Of a DNA stretch of 64,000 nucleotides, positions 39,492 through 53,637 are shown one piece after another. The stretch's first letter is position 1, and every line of letters begins with the position of its first letter. The stretch is taken from the NCBI RefSeq assembly GCF_009914755.1, contig NC_060932.1. The stretch is one strand, 5' to 3'. Source of the stretch: the human T2T-CHM13v2.0 reference genome, Homo sapiens. A program made the position numbers and the translations under genes. The notes below the pieces were generated by a model. The model worked only from the letters and a program-made list of their open reading frames with translations. It did no database searches and was not told the DNA's origin.

Positions 39492-41344
39492 TAAAATGTT
39501 CAATATAATATAAATTCTCTACAGTGCCAGTATAAAGAACCATAGAATGTTCAGGGATCTCTGAGATCTCTGAAATCTAGTTCCACATATTTGCATTGAC
39601 ATTTTATTTACTAAAAAATCATTGCGGTAATTTAAAATATTTGTAGGGTTTGCCAGGGTAAAATTCTCAGATTTTGGGCTTACAACTTTGTACATAACTT
39701 CTAGTTTGGCAAACAAACGTAAAAAATATGGAATCCCCCTAAAAGATATTATGTGTAAATAGAGTCATCAAATTTAGAATATCAAGCCCCAGATGGCTTA
39801 TCAGTAGCAACAAAAACTGCTTTCCTTGCCAACACAAATTTTATAAACCGGAAATCATTCTCAGGCATGCAAAGATAGACATATCAGGTCTACAAATACT
39901 TATTACTATGTGCTTAGCACTATGTTAGGTACTTCATTACATGGCCCATAAAACATTACTTTAAAAACAAACTGAGAGTTCAAAACAAACTATTTACTCT
40001 GTAGCAAAGGCACTGAAGCCTTTCCAGAAAGTGACCCATACTCCAGTGCTGCAGAGCAAGATGGGGACTAGCAGGCTTTGAAAGCCAAAGCAACACCATC
40101 AGCAAACCTGTGTTGGGATGTCTTGAAAATGTTAATTAATTTATATTTGTTTTTCTTTTCTAATGACATAAATCGTTGGGGATTCAATATTTCTGTTGTT
40201 GTTAACAGCAAATGACTCTAAATGTGATGGAATGGCCACGTAAACATGTCTTTGTACGACCATTATTAAGGAAATAAGGAAGGAGGCTTGTAGCTTCAGA
40301 AGCTTCCCCTGTCACTCAGAGAGGAAGAAAGTGAGAGACATGAGGATCAGAGCCACAGTTCTTAATCACTCCACCACTAAGACTTTCTAAAATCTTAAGA
40401 GGAACAAGCAGTACAGTGGACATTCAGTGTTTGGGAATGAGGTGCAATCGGGCGGATAGAGGGCCCTTTTGTGGGCTTTGGAGCTTTTGGAGGTGGTGGG
40501 TTGGGTAAAGCAGGCTGAAGTCAGGAGGCAGAGCGCAAGAACCATCTGATCTCTATCATTTAAGGACTTAGAAGTTCCATAATTATAAAAAAGCTGGCAC
40601 CACCCTCAATGCACATTTGCCATATTTCTGCACTACACATTCTTGAATACCCTTTGATGTTCTATTTATTTCAAAGAGTATAGGTATTTTTTGATCCAGT
40701 TCACATCACTGATTAGAGGTATTTTAGCTGCCAGATAAATAAATCTCCATTGAATGCAATTTATGGGATCCAAAAGCAATGTGTGGATCAATCTAGAACT
40801 ATATGAGGCTTAGCTGGTTTTATGAAAATACTCATAACAGTAAAAGAAATCAATAACAATTTATTAAGGTTTTTGTTCTTTGTATAGGTTTTGAAATGAG
40901 TTCTTACCCATTATAAAAGGCCTTGAATATTTTGGGAACTGAAACATTGTACTTGACCGTCTCTGGTTCTTTTCCTGAGTTGACCCTTTATGTTGAATAA
41001 GCATATTCTACACATTGCAGCTGCCAGACTGTCAGGCCAAGATACACATGCACTCAGAGGCAGTGAGCTTTACCCACTTACATTATATTTCTGCAACAGG
41101 GAAAGAATGTATAATGTTTAACCTTTGTAAGAAGCACTTGGAGGTTCATCTGATATTCTATAAAAGTAAGCAATTAAAGAATTTGGCTTAAAATCTGATT
41201 TCTAATTTTCATAGGAAAAAGTTAATACTTTCCATGTATTGAACATCTATGATTAGCCTGGTACTTTTTAGGTTGGAGCCTCACCTAGAAAAATCAAGTT
41301 ATATTTAACTTTTTCTTCACAGGATTGTTGTGAGCTATAGGTAG

Positions 41345-41860
41345 GTATAGAAGATTCCCTAGATGGTCACAAGTCTTCCCCTCCCTGTATCCTCACTTCT
41401 TGCAACGTGACTTTGGAGCTCCTTCCAGCAAGAAATGCTGTCTGTTTCTCTACTCTTAATGGTGGGCTGATTTGTGACTCCCTTTAGCTCATGGAGCTCA
41501 TTGGAAGCAATGGTGTGTCAATGTTGAACCCAGCCCACATGCTTTGAATGATTCTACTCTCACTCTGGAATTCTGCTGATCCTCTATGTGAATAAGCCCA
41601 CACTAGCCTGCTGGATGATGAGAAGGTGGTCATCCAGTTGTCCTTATTGTTCCCCCAGTAGCCAGCCAATCCTCAGAAGCAGAGACATCTAGCTGACTGC
41701 AAGCTGACCAAAGACACAGGCATGAGCCCAACTGAGACCAGAAGAACCTCCAACCTAAGACGGCCCAAACTATAAAACTGTAGAATGAGCTGCTGAGTAA
41801 ATGGCTGTTGTTTTTAAGCCGTTAAGTCATGGAGTGGTTTGTTATGCAGCAAATGCTATA
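41345..41860 (+). mobile_element. MLT1G/H-like MaLR LTR
   Basis: ccctccctgtatcc...gtgactttggagctcc...ttttaagcc...ggagtggtttgttatgcagca. Confidence 0.7.
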
Positions 41861-42240
41861 GGAGGTATTATTGTCCTCATGGTACTAAAGAGGCACAGTA
41901 ATTTGTTCAAGGCAAACTAGCTGGTAAATGGTAAGGCTATCAGGTTATTATACCTGCTTTAAGGGCCTACACTCTTAGTCACTTCACTGCCCTTTGATGT
42001 AAATGAGAAAGTACATGCTGAGTGCCTTCCACATGCTCAGTTGTCGGCTAGACATATTTTCTACGTTTAGGGAACTTACTACCTCCATTTTGTTTTTCAC
42101 TAATGAAAGCACAATTTGACAGTTCTCCTTATGCTATTGCCTCACCTGAAATATATTTTCTACCCTTGAAACCTGCTCAAATGTTACCATTTCTCAGGAA
42201 CACCCTCTAATGTCCCAAGATAGAACTGAAGTTTTCTACC

Positions 42241-42768
42241 TGTGGTTGATTGCAAAAAATAACCATTAATTGCTCACTGTTTCCTTTCTCCTTGCCCTTT
42301 AAAATGTGACTTTTTAGTACCTTCCATCAAGAAATGAAATCTCTTTCCCCACTCCTTGTGTCTAGACTGGGCTTGTGACTTGCTTTGGCCAGGAAATGTG
42401 GCAGAAGTGATGGTGTGCCCATTCTCACACCAGGCCTAAGGTGCCGTGGATACTTAGGCATTCTCTAGGAAACCCTAACTCCATATTCCAACAAATCTAG
42501 GTTGACCCTGCTGATGACTGAGAGGCCAAAGGAACAGAGCTTGGTCAGCCAGCTTGTCTCAGTTAAAGCTCCCAGAAAAGTGAGAGAGCCCCACCAAGAT
42601 CAGCAAAGCTGAACCACAGCTGACCATTGTTGCATGAGTGAACCTGGCCAAGACGAGAGGATTGCCCAGCTGAGCCCAGCCTAAACTATCAATCACAGAA
42701 TCAAGAGCTAAATACATGTTCATCTAAAGCCACTAAGGTTGTTATGAAGCAACAGATAATGAATACAG
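42241..42768 (+). mobile_element. MLT1G/H-like MaLR LTR
   Basis: tgtggttgattgcaaaaa...gtgacttgctttggcca...gcccagctgagcccagcctaaa...aagccactaaggttgttatgaagcaacagataatgaataca. Confidence 0.75.
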
Positions 42769-44038
42769 ATCCTTTGTATTCTTTGGGCATGTTTAAACTT
42801 ATTTTTGGAATAGCATATGTATTCAACAAAGGTCACCAGATGAATAAAGAAATCACTAAATATTTATGCAATTACACTAAGATTTCTCTAACAAAACAGA
42901 ACTCTGACTTTTTATTTCTAAGTGAATAATTCTATCTTTCCTGGCTGTGAGACAGAGTGATGTTTATAGCACAGGACCTGATACTTAGCAGGTGCGCTCA
43001 ATAAATTTTAGCTCCCACTGATCTTGTAGGTGAAATAAGATGCCAAACAAAAGTCAAAGCAAACACCATGCGTTGACAAAAGCAGGATGTTACCTCCTAA
43101 ATCCTTTCAAAATCAGGACAAACTCTCCTGGTATTTGTAGGATGGAGACTTAGGGCAAGCAACACGTGCTTTCTGCCCCTCTCCAGATATTGGTAAGTTT
43201 CTTTCTTTTTGAAAATAATCTTCTTTAAAGAACTTCACAGCTACTCAAGCTACCCAATTACAAAGAGCAGGAGCATTCCACTACAGAAAGACCTCCCCAG
43301 GAGGCTTTCCTTGCTTGTTCTCAAGGCCTGTATTTCTCAACTTTGGCTGCATATTCAAAGGACCTTGGGAGCTTTAAAAAAATACCTCCAGAGATAGACT
43401 TAATTAGTTTGAGGGTATACCTGCACATGGGAATTTAAACAGCCCCTTGGGTAATTTTACTGAGTAGCCAAAGTGGACAGCCACTACTCAACCTTTTCCT
43501 AGAGTGCCTCTACTAGTCAAATAATTATGATCAGATTTAATTTTAAAGGCAGTCCTAAATAAACCCTTTTTATATGTCTATAATCAAAACCCAGCACTGA
43601 AATACTACAGCTGGAAAATAATTTCTTATAAAGGACAATGACTGGCTCAATAGAAATTAAGAAACAATGATCAGATAAGTAACTTCCTGATAATTAACTC
43701 GACAAGCATAATATGAACATTTGGCAAGGTCTCAACTGTCTTAAAGGCCTTAACATAATTAGGTATTCAAAACTTTATTGGCCTAAATTAAATACCACAT
43801 AACATTATTGACTATATTGAATAACAAATTCAAGCTAAATTGCATTTAAGTGTACAATCTTAAAGTACATTAGCCTAAAATCTTTCTTTCTCAAAGTGTA
43901 CATTATCATTTGGATAGTAATACTTTATCACAAATTAAGGCACAATTTAATATTTTAATATGATTTTGAGCTCAGATTCAACATGGGTATTTCAAAACAA
44001 CTGGTCTTGCTTTCCTAGTACATAAGTGACTCACATGG

Positions 44039-46286
44039 CAATATGGTTTGGCTGTGTCCCCACCTAAATCTCATCTTGAATTGTAGTTCCCATTATTCCC
44101 ACATGTTGTGGGAGGGACCCAATGGGAGGTGATTGAATCATAGGGGCAGGTCTTTCCCATGCTGTTCTCATGATGGTGAATGGGTCTCATGAGATCTGAT
44201 GTTTTTATAAATGGGAGTTCCCCTGGCACATGCTCTCTTGCCTGCTGCCATGTGAGACAGGCCTTTGCTTCTTCTTTGCCTTACACCATGATTGTGAGGC
44301 CTCCCAAGCCATGGGTAACTGTGATTCCATTAAACCTCTTTCCCTTATAAATTACCCAGTCTGGTGCATGTCTTTATTAGCAGTGTGAGAACAGACTAAT
44401 ACAGTAAATTGGGACCAGGAGTGGGGTGCTGCTATAAAGATACCTGAAAATGTGGAACTGACTTTGGAACTGGGTAACAGGCAGAGGTCGGAATAGTTTG
44501 GAGGGCTCAGAAGAAGATAAGAAAATGTGGCAAAGTTTGGAACTTCCTAGACACTTATTGAATGGCTTTGATAAAAATGCTGATAGTGATATGGACAATA
44601 TAGTCCCTGCTAAAGTGGTCTCAGATGGAAATGGCAAACTTGTTGGGAACTGGAGTAAAGATCACTCTTGCTATGCAAAGAGACTGGCAGCATTGTGCCC
44701 TTGCCCTAGAGGTCTGTGGAACTTTGAATTTGAGACAAATGATTTAGGATATCTGGTTGAAGAAATTTCTAAGCAGCAAAGCATTCAAGAGGAAGCAGAG
44801 AATAAAAGTTTGGAAAATTTGCAGCCTGATGATGCAATTAAAAAGAAAAACCCATTTTCTGGGAGAAATTCAAGCCAGCTGCAGAAATTTGCCTAAGTAA
44901 TGAGGAACCAAATGTTAATCACCAAGACAATGGTGAAAATGTCTCCAGGGCATGTCAGAGACCTTCACAGCAGCCCCTCCCATCACAGGCCTGGAGGCCT
45001 AGAAGGAAAAATGGTTTAGTGGGCCAGGGCCCCCCTGTTCTGTGCAGCCCCGGGACATGGCGCCCTGCATCCCAGCCGCTTCAGTTCCAGCCATGGCTAA
45101 AAGGGGCCAACATACAGCTCAGGCCCTTGCTTCAGAGGGTGCAAGCCCCAAGCATTGGTGGCTTACACATGGTGTTGGGCCTATGGGTGTACAAAAGTCA
45201 AGAATTGAAGTTTGGGAATCTCCACCTAGATTTCAGAGGATGTACAGAAATGCCTGGATGTCTAGGCAGAAGTTTGCTGCAGGAGTGGCAAGCTGATGGA
45301 CAACCTCTGCTAGAGCAGTGTGGAAAGAAAATGTGGAGTTGATACCCCTACACAGAGTTCCCACTGGGGCACTGCCTAGTACAGCCATGAGAAGAGGGCC
45401 ACTGTCCTCCAGACCCTGGAATGGTAGATCCACTGACAGCTTGCCCTGTGCACCTGAAAAAGTCACAGACACTCAACACCAGCCTGTGAAAGCAGCCAGG
45501 AGTGGGGATGTACCCTGAAAAGCCATAGGGGTGGAGCCGCCCAAGGCCATGGGAGCCCACCTCTTATATCAGCATGCCCTGGATGTGAGACATGGAGTCA
45601 AAGGTCATTTTAAGGTTTAATGACTGCCCTATTGAATTTTGGACTTGCATGGGCCCTGTAACCCCTTTGTTTTGGCCAATTTCTCCCATCTGGAATGGAT
45701 GTATTTACCCAATGCCTGTACCCCCATTATATCTGGGAAATAACTAACTTGTTTTTGATTTTACAGGCTCATAGATGGAAGGGATTTGCCTTGTCTCAGA
45801 TGATACTTAGGACTGTGGACTTTTGAGGTGATGCTGAAATGAGTTAAGACTTTGGGGGATTGTTAGGAAGGCATGATTGGTTTTGAAATGTGAGGACATG
45901 AGATTTGGGAGGGGCCAGGGGTAGAATGATATGGTTTGGCTATGTCCCCACCCAAATCTCATCTTAAATTGTAGCTCCCATGATTCCTACATGTTGTGGA
46001 CCTGGTGGGAAGAGATTGAATCATGGGGGCGGGTCTTTCCCATGTTGTTCTCATAATGGTGAATGGGTCTCGTGAGATCTGATGGTTTTATAAATGGGAG
46101 TTCCCCTGCACAAGCTCTCTCTTGCCTGCCGCCATGTAAGACGTGCCTTTGCTTCTTCTTTGCCTTCTACCATGATTATGAGGCCTCCCAGCCATGTGGA
46201 ACTGTGATTCCATTAAACCTCTTTCCTTTATAAATTACCCAGTCTTGTGTATGTCTTTATTAGCAGCATGAGAACAGACTAATACA
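44039..46286 (+). mobile_element. Full-length THE1B-type MaLR element: LTR 44039-44403, internal region, LTR 45927-46286
   Basis: Two direct LTRs matching THE1B, ~1.5 kb THE1-int with a degenerate ORF (44498..44896, 45042..45296), polypurine tract before the 3' LTR, TSD catgg/cgtgg. Confidence 0.93.
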
Positions 46287-47094
46287 CGTGGCAATAGGGT
46301 TCCTTTTTGTGATTATTTAATTCCTTTTTGGTAGAGTTCAAAAGTGCCGAAAATGATGGGTAATCTTATGTTTTAAGCTATATATTGCATATATAATGCA
46401 TGCAAATTGCTTTAATGCCAAAATTTCATCCTTAATAAACTCTATGCTGTAATCACAAATGGACCTCCAACACACATTCAGAGTCAGAATTCTCCACGCC
46501 ACAGGTTCTGAAAAACCTGGTTCGACCCTCTGACTTCACAGATACGAAAAATGACATCCAGAAAGGTTAAATAAGTCAAACAATGCCCACAACACCAAAT
46601 GGCTGGGAATGGAGCCCAGATCATCTGAGCCTGCATCCTCTTGCCCCGCTAGGGGCATCTGGAAGATAACAGCAGAAGTGTGTTCAAGCCCTACAGAAAC
46701 AGATGGCAGGGCTGGATTTGGTCTCCAGCTTTTGCCAAATACTTGGATTTTGCCAGCCTTTGCTATAGATGACTATGTTCAGTAGAAGACATTGACAACA
46801 GGAGATATCATTATCACTTTGTATACTTCAATTCTTCTTATCACAAAACAGGCTGAAGTCAACTATGGTTTTTAATACGTTAGTTATAAATGAATTTGCT
46901 GTATTTTTTCTAGTCTATTATTAACAACTTACGTCAGCATGGTACATGTGTTACAATTAATGGACCAATATCGGTACATTATTATTATTATTTGGATTTC
47001 CTTAGTTTGCACCCTATGTCCTTTTATTTTTGGTTCCAGGATCCCATCTAGGATGCTGCATTACATTTAGTCTGCTCATTTTTCATTACTTCAA

Positions 47095-47180
47095 GTGTGT
47101 GTGTGTGTGCATGTGTGTGTGTGTGTGTGTGTGCCTCTGTGTTTGTGTGTGTGTGTGATAGAGAGAGAGAAAGAGGGAGA
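47095..47180. repeat. Imperfect (GT)n then (GA)n microsatellite
   Basis: Visible dinucleotide runs. Confidence 0.9.
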
Positions 47181-49187
47181 ATACAAGTATTTCTTTTCTA
47201 TGTAGCAAATTAAGGGCAAAATCCTACAAATTACAATTCTCACGTTCTCTAATGTAAAAGAAAAGGGCAGATGTTAATGAAGTAATCTGTGGTTTCAATT
47301 ATGAGGAAAACATTGTGGATTAAAGGAAGGTTAGGTTAAAAAGAATTCGACATTTAGAAGGACCTGGAAACAGAGTTTCTGATTCCAGCATGGATTAACA
47401 AAATCTAAAAAGCAAGGAATGTAGTAGAGTAGTGTGAGAATTTAAAGTAATAAAAGTCAGTTCACATAGAAGCATGGTAACGCAGAAGAAAGAAAAAACA
47501 TTGTGCAATTTGTCACCATTTACTTTAGAGGAGTCTGCATTTTAAAATCCACAGAAATGCAGTGATAGTTTCCTTGCCAGTATTTGTGTAAAACATTTTC
47601 CAAACAAGACTGATTCATCTTACTCTGAAATGAATTGTTAGATCACAACAGTGAATGTTAAGGCATTTGCATCCCTTATAGAAATGCCAAACATTTTACT
47701 ATGCCTGATGCTGTACTATAAATAGGGAAATTCAAATGCTAAAAATGTTCTCTAAGTTGCCAAACATAGTTCTTTACCATGTACTTCCTGGTACAAATGA
47801 CTTGTTCTTCCAAAGTCTGAAAATGAAAGCTAACTGCAATTCAGAAAAATGTTGCAACTTACTTCAATTAATCAAATGTAAAAGTTATTTCATTTCTGTA
47901 TATTTCTTTTTCCTTAGATCATATTTACTGAAAGGCTCCTTTAGACATTTACCAAAGTTTTATTAAATCATAGTTAGTCTGATAACAGTTGGGTTTTAAA
48001 ATTAACAATTGGAACAGCCAAGCAATGTCAATATTGCTGGAAAATAACGATGCTTATCTAAGTCATTCTGAATTGTTAGCCACATTTGGATGTAATAGTA
48101 GATGTAAAATTTACTTACTATATTTTTTCTAAATAATATATGGGCACAATAGTGTCCATAAATCCATATATTAAAGGTAAAAGGTATTTCATTTCACAAT
48201 AATGCCCATATATTATTGGGAAAATTGTACTAATTTATAATTGGCATTTCAAAATAGTATGAATATCTATGTATATCTTCAATAAAAAGAGAACATAAAA
48301 AACAGTATAGGGATTTGTTTAACATATTTAAGATTAGTATTCATTTGAAGAGGTGATCCCTGATTTTCACTGAGAGCTGGGACAGGAAATTATAGGAGAT
48401 TTTTCTATGATGTGGACAGGGCAAAGCACAGCAAGAACTGCTTTATAACATGTTCTTCAAATCAGCTGACTACCCCATTGGCCTTTAATCTCCCTTCTGC
48501 AACTGACCAGACCTCATATTATCCAATTACCAGTAATCTACTCAAGAACAGCAAGGTTCTCTTTAAATTGGATACAAATAATTATTTTAATATCTTTTCC
48601 TGGCTTCTTTAAAGATTTCATGTTTTTTGACTTGCATAAACTTTTGCAAACCTCCATGGAAGATATTTTAATTATTTTAAAATTTTATGGCACATAAGAA
48701 GTGCCTTAAGTAAAATTACTTGATTTTAAGTTAATTATTATTAAAGGTTACATTAACAAGTTCATTTAAATACAAATTTTACTAATTCTAGTTTGACTTT
48801 TTTCTTATTTAACAGTGATGTGCTACTTAGTCTACTTTAAATTCATCATGTAATGAAATGCATGACTTGTTTTTGAAATTTTTGAAATGACAAATTTTTG
48901 AAATGACAAATGGGCATATACTTGGTTTTGGGACCAATTATATAAATTTCAAGCTACAATTAATATGTCATGATAGATAAAGAGATAAAAGTTTTCATTC
49001 ATGAATATTTGGTAATCTTGCATTTTGGACAAAAATAATCAACCTGCAATAATTTTTGTGTTTAATTATAAAATAATGAGACAAGATAAAGCTTTAGGCT
49101 GCTGTTTGTATGCATTTCTCTGCAGTATATATATATATATTTGTGTTTCATTTGACTCTGTTGTCAGCTTATCAGGAACAATGTAAG

Positions 49188-49242
49188 GAGAGAGAGAGAG
49201 AGAAAGAGAGAGAAAAAAAGGGAGAGAGAGGGAAAGACAGAG
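49188..49242. repeat. (GA)n purine-rich tract
   Basis: Visible run. Confidence 0.85.
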
Positions 49243-51574
49243 GGTATGAGTGATATTTATTTCTAATAAATCAAGGTCAAATTACATATGATTATCATTA
49301 CTTTTTCTTTTATCAACATTGAATTTTATACCATATAAATGTCCTAATAGACTAATATAAAACTCCACAAATACATTAAGATATTTAAGATTAAAAGAAT
49401 AATGCAATAAACACAGGTTTAGGAAATACACACCCAGTTTAGGAAATAAAACATTATCTACACCATGAAAAGTCTGTAAGAATTTTGACCAGATGACTGC
49501 AAATGATAATCGTCACAACATCAGTTGCTTCTTCTGCTTACTGTCTGTAATCAGTTATCCATTCTATGTATAAAGTAACAGTAAATGACTAATTATAAAA
49601 ACTAATTAAAGCCCCCATGGGGGCTTGCAGTGTTTATGTGAGTCATAAGCATGTTCACTCATCTGACTGGCACTAATAGCTTCACTTACATTAAGAGGTC
49701 CTGAAGCAGTATTATTTTCTAAAACGTATTTAAGCTATCATTTTATTTATTAATAATTACTTAAAAAATAGAACCTAGGTTTGAACCTTTACCACCCTGA
49801 ACAACACAAAACCCCTGGGACAGCTTTGCATCGCTGTGATTTTGTGAAAAGGCTGTTGGAAACCCCGATCCAGGCTCGGCCAATGCTAAGTTAGAGATGC
49901 AGGAAGGAGAAGGGTGCACCCAGAACTGATGTGAGGATGCACAAAGGAGGCCATCTGGAGAGCGGCTGACACCCCCGGGCTCCTGGCACACGGCCCCTCC
50001 AGGATGGAGAGAATACTCCGGAGTCCAGAGTCAAGACCCAAACACCTCCACATATACGCAAGTTGGGCTGGGCTACAACATGTAATGGTTCCGTAAATGA
50101 GGATGATGTATATTAAATGTATGTATCCACAAGACCTATGAAGTGTATCTACTGAGGTTCCAAATCTTGGTGCCATCCCACCACAGAGCTGAAATTTCTA
50201 CCTAAAAGACTAAAGGGCCATACCACAGAGTTAAAAGCCATGGGAAAAATTTGTTCAAACTGGGAACAGTTGTTTCTTTTAGGAAAATGTTTGTTTTTAG
50301 TTTAGGAGTCTGTTAATTACAAAGCTGTGGTCATAGTTCCCTTTTCAAACTGTTCCTTAGAAAGCATAGAACCAAATTTGGTTCTATCATATTAACCATG
50401 AAGGATTTCACAGAATGTATTTTGCATAATAACTTCCCTCCTTCTTCCATCTTTTCTACCTTACATTCTCTGTGCCTCATTTTACCCTCACCAATTTTTC
50501 ATTTGATGTGTTGTGTATTGTATCTTATTCTTAAAACTCTTCTGGAACAAAACAGTCACCAGCTTATAAGGATGAAAAAAGCTTAGGGATAATTCAGTTC
50601 TATCCTCCATATTTTACAAATGAGAAATTTCAGGCTCTAAGGTCCCAATAGCTATCAGTTTAAAAAGGGACTGGAATTTAGAGACCCCAAATGTAGCTTA
50701 TTGATTTTCCCTCAATATCTGTTTGCCTCCTATGACGGTGGATTTCTTTTTTTTTTTTACCTCTCCTTAAGACAACACTGACCAAATGATGTTGACAGAC
50801 ATTTTCACCCACCTGAGAAAATATAAAATGTAGGACATTCTGCATTCTACATGTTGCTTTGGAGAGTCACAAGAAAATTCTGAGAAATCCTGCAATAAGT
50901 AAATCAATTTAATTTTGCTGAACCCATGTCTCCCAAACATATCCAACCATGAATAAACCTTTGTTTGTTTTCTCTTTTGGGGGCGCCCAAATGAGAGAGA
51001 GCTGCACCCATCAAACTCCTCAGATTCCACTTTGGGAAGTTCTGTGTTAAGACAAGGCCTCCAGGAGCAACTGTCTAAATCCCCATGGCAGTGGGGAGGG
51101 AGGAATTGTCAAATGTCCATCCTGGAGAGCGGCTGCTCTCCACACTGGCAGGTCGTGCTACACCACCGTGCCCAGGGCCATGGTATGTCAAAGGGCCCAG
51201 GACCCACCAGTGAAGAAGCTGTAAAGGAGGGGCAGGGCAGTACCCTGGTCCTTTCTCTACATGCTGCTCGGGCGTTCCTCTGCAGGCATGTCACAGGATG
51301 CAGTTCACCCTGACAGCCACAGGAGGAGGTGCCTGGAATCCTGTTTACCATGTAACAGGGATTAGTCCGCACCCACTTTGAATTCTAGAAGGACAGGGAT
51401 GACAAATTCTTCCTCCACTGCAGCAAATGCCATCAGTCAATGGGGATAGAGTTCCAAAAATGACAACATAACATGGTGTGTGTACCTCTGTGGGGGCAGT
51501 GTGTGTGTTTACAGACCCTAAAGGGGCCTGACAGTTAAGCAAGCTCTGCTATGGTCCAGGAGACACCCGTGTTT

Positions 51575-51805
51575 AGACGCATGGAGCCCTAATGCCTAGA
51601 CCCTGGAGTAGATGCCAATGCTGTTTCTACCCTTCCTTGGCAAGTCACTTACCCTCTCTGAGCTTTAGTTTCCTCTTTGGTAAAACAGGAATGTTAATAA
51701 TAGTAATAGGGTGATCAGGCAGATTAAAGTTTAATACTTGCAAAGTGCTTAGACCAGTGCTTGCCTCGCTGTAGGTACAATATGAGTGTTTGTTAAATAA
51801 AATAG
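51575..51805 (+). mobile_element. MIR
   Basis: ttggcaagtcacttaccctctctgagctttagtttcctc...aaagtgcttaga. Confidence 0.7.
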
Positions 51806-51812
51806 TATCATT

Positions 51813-51965
51813 CACCTATAGTCCCAGCTACTCAGGAGGCTGAGGCACGAGAATCGCTTGAACCTGGGAAGCAGAGGTTTCAGTGAGCGCAGATAGCACC
51901 GTTGTACTCTAGCCTGGGCAACAGAGCAAGGCCCTGTCTCAGAAAAACAAAACAAAAAAACCCCA
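51813..51965 (+). mobile_element. Alu right arm only (5'-truncated)
   Basis: cacctatagtcccagctactcaggaggctgagg...gtctc followed by an A-rich tail. Confidence 0.88.
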
Positions 51966-52487
51966 AAATAAAAGAGTGTCAGTAAGTGTTTACTCCAATT
52001 TCCCTCGACCGATAAACATTTTCTTTCATACTAGATGGTGACACATAGCATTGGTGAAACAAGGCCCTTGCACGCCTTGCTTTAGGGCATCCTCCCCCGA
52101 GCCACGATGATGACACACATGAGGCTGGTGCCCACACTAACTTAGCTGCCTGCAGGCTCTCCCAGCTTTCTGGCGAACTGTGGTCACAGGGTATGGAGAC
52201 CCAGCTGTCACTGGTGTGTGCTAAAGATCAGGTCTCAGTGGTTACCGGAAATTCCGCAGGAAAGGAACAAGCAGGCAGGATAGGAGGCATGGCTGCTGAG
52301 TCACAGATGGGCCAGCAATTACCCTGCACACGAAGGTGTCTTCCAGGGACCTGCCAGTTCTGCTGCTGCAGGCAGCACCTCCAAGGAGTCCCTGGAGGGA
52401 GCAGGAGAACCTGGCCCTGCCTCAACCTCACGTCCCTCAGTAATCCTTAACTCAGCTGTGAAAAACAATAAAATAAAAACTGCTTGA

Positions 52488-52910
<423 letters not shown>

Positions 52911-53216
52911 TAAAAAGACGAACAAATGCATCATCAAAAAGATTGTCTAACAAATACATTTTAAAAGACTGAGAAACTTAAAAACAACAAAGCAGATAAT
53001 ACGTGTGAATCATGTCACAAGTGGTGGAGTAAAGGACCTGCTTTTGTTACATAAGATTAACCCTTACACAGGCTACATAAAAAGGGATTTGCAATAATCC
53101 AATGCTCTACTGTATACTGACACTACTACGGATAGAATTTTAAAAGTCTCATAATTTATATTATGTAGTTTTTATAAAAATATCCAGGGAGCTGTTCTTA
53201 AGAATATAGGCCAAGA

Positions 53217-53637
<421 letters not shown>

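Noticed and set aside
44032-44043. Apparent 12-bp TSD (cacatggcaata / cacgtggcaata) around the THE1 element
   Set aside because: MaLR TSDs are 5 bp. The extra match overlaps the LTR ends and is probably coincidental or due to mutation of the terminal TG.
44498-45518. ORFs of 132, 107, 84 and 66 aa
   Set aside because: Fragmented remnants of the THE1 internal ORF, not a host gene.
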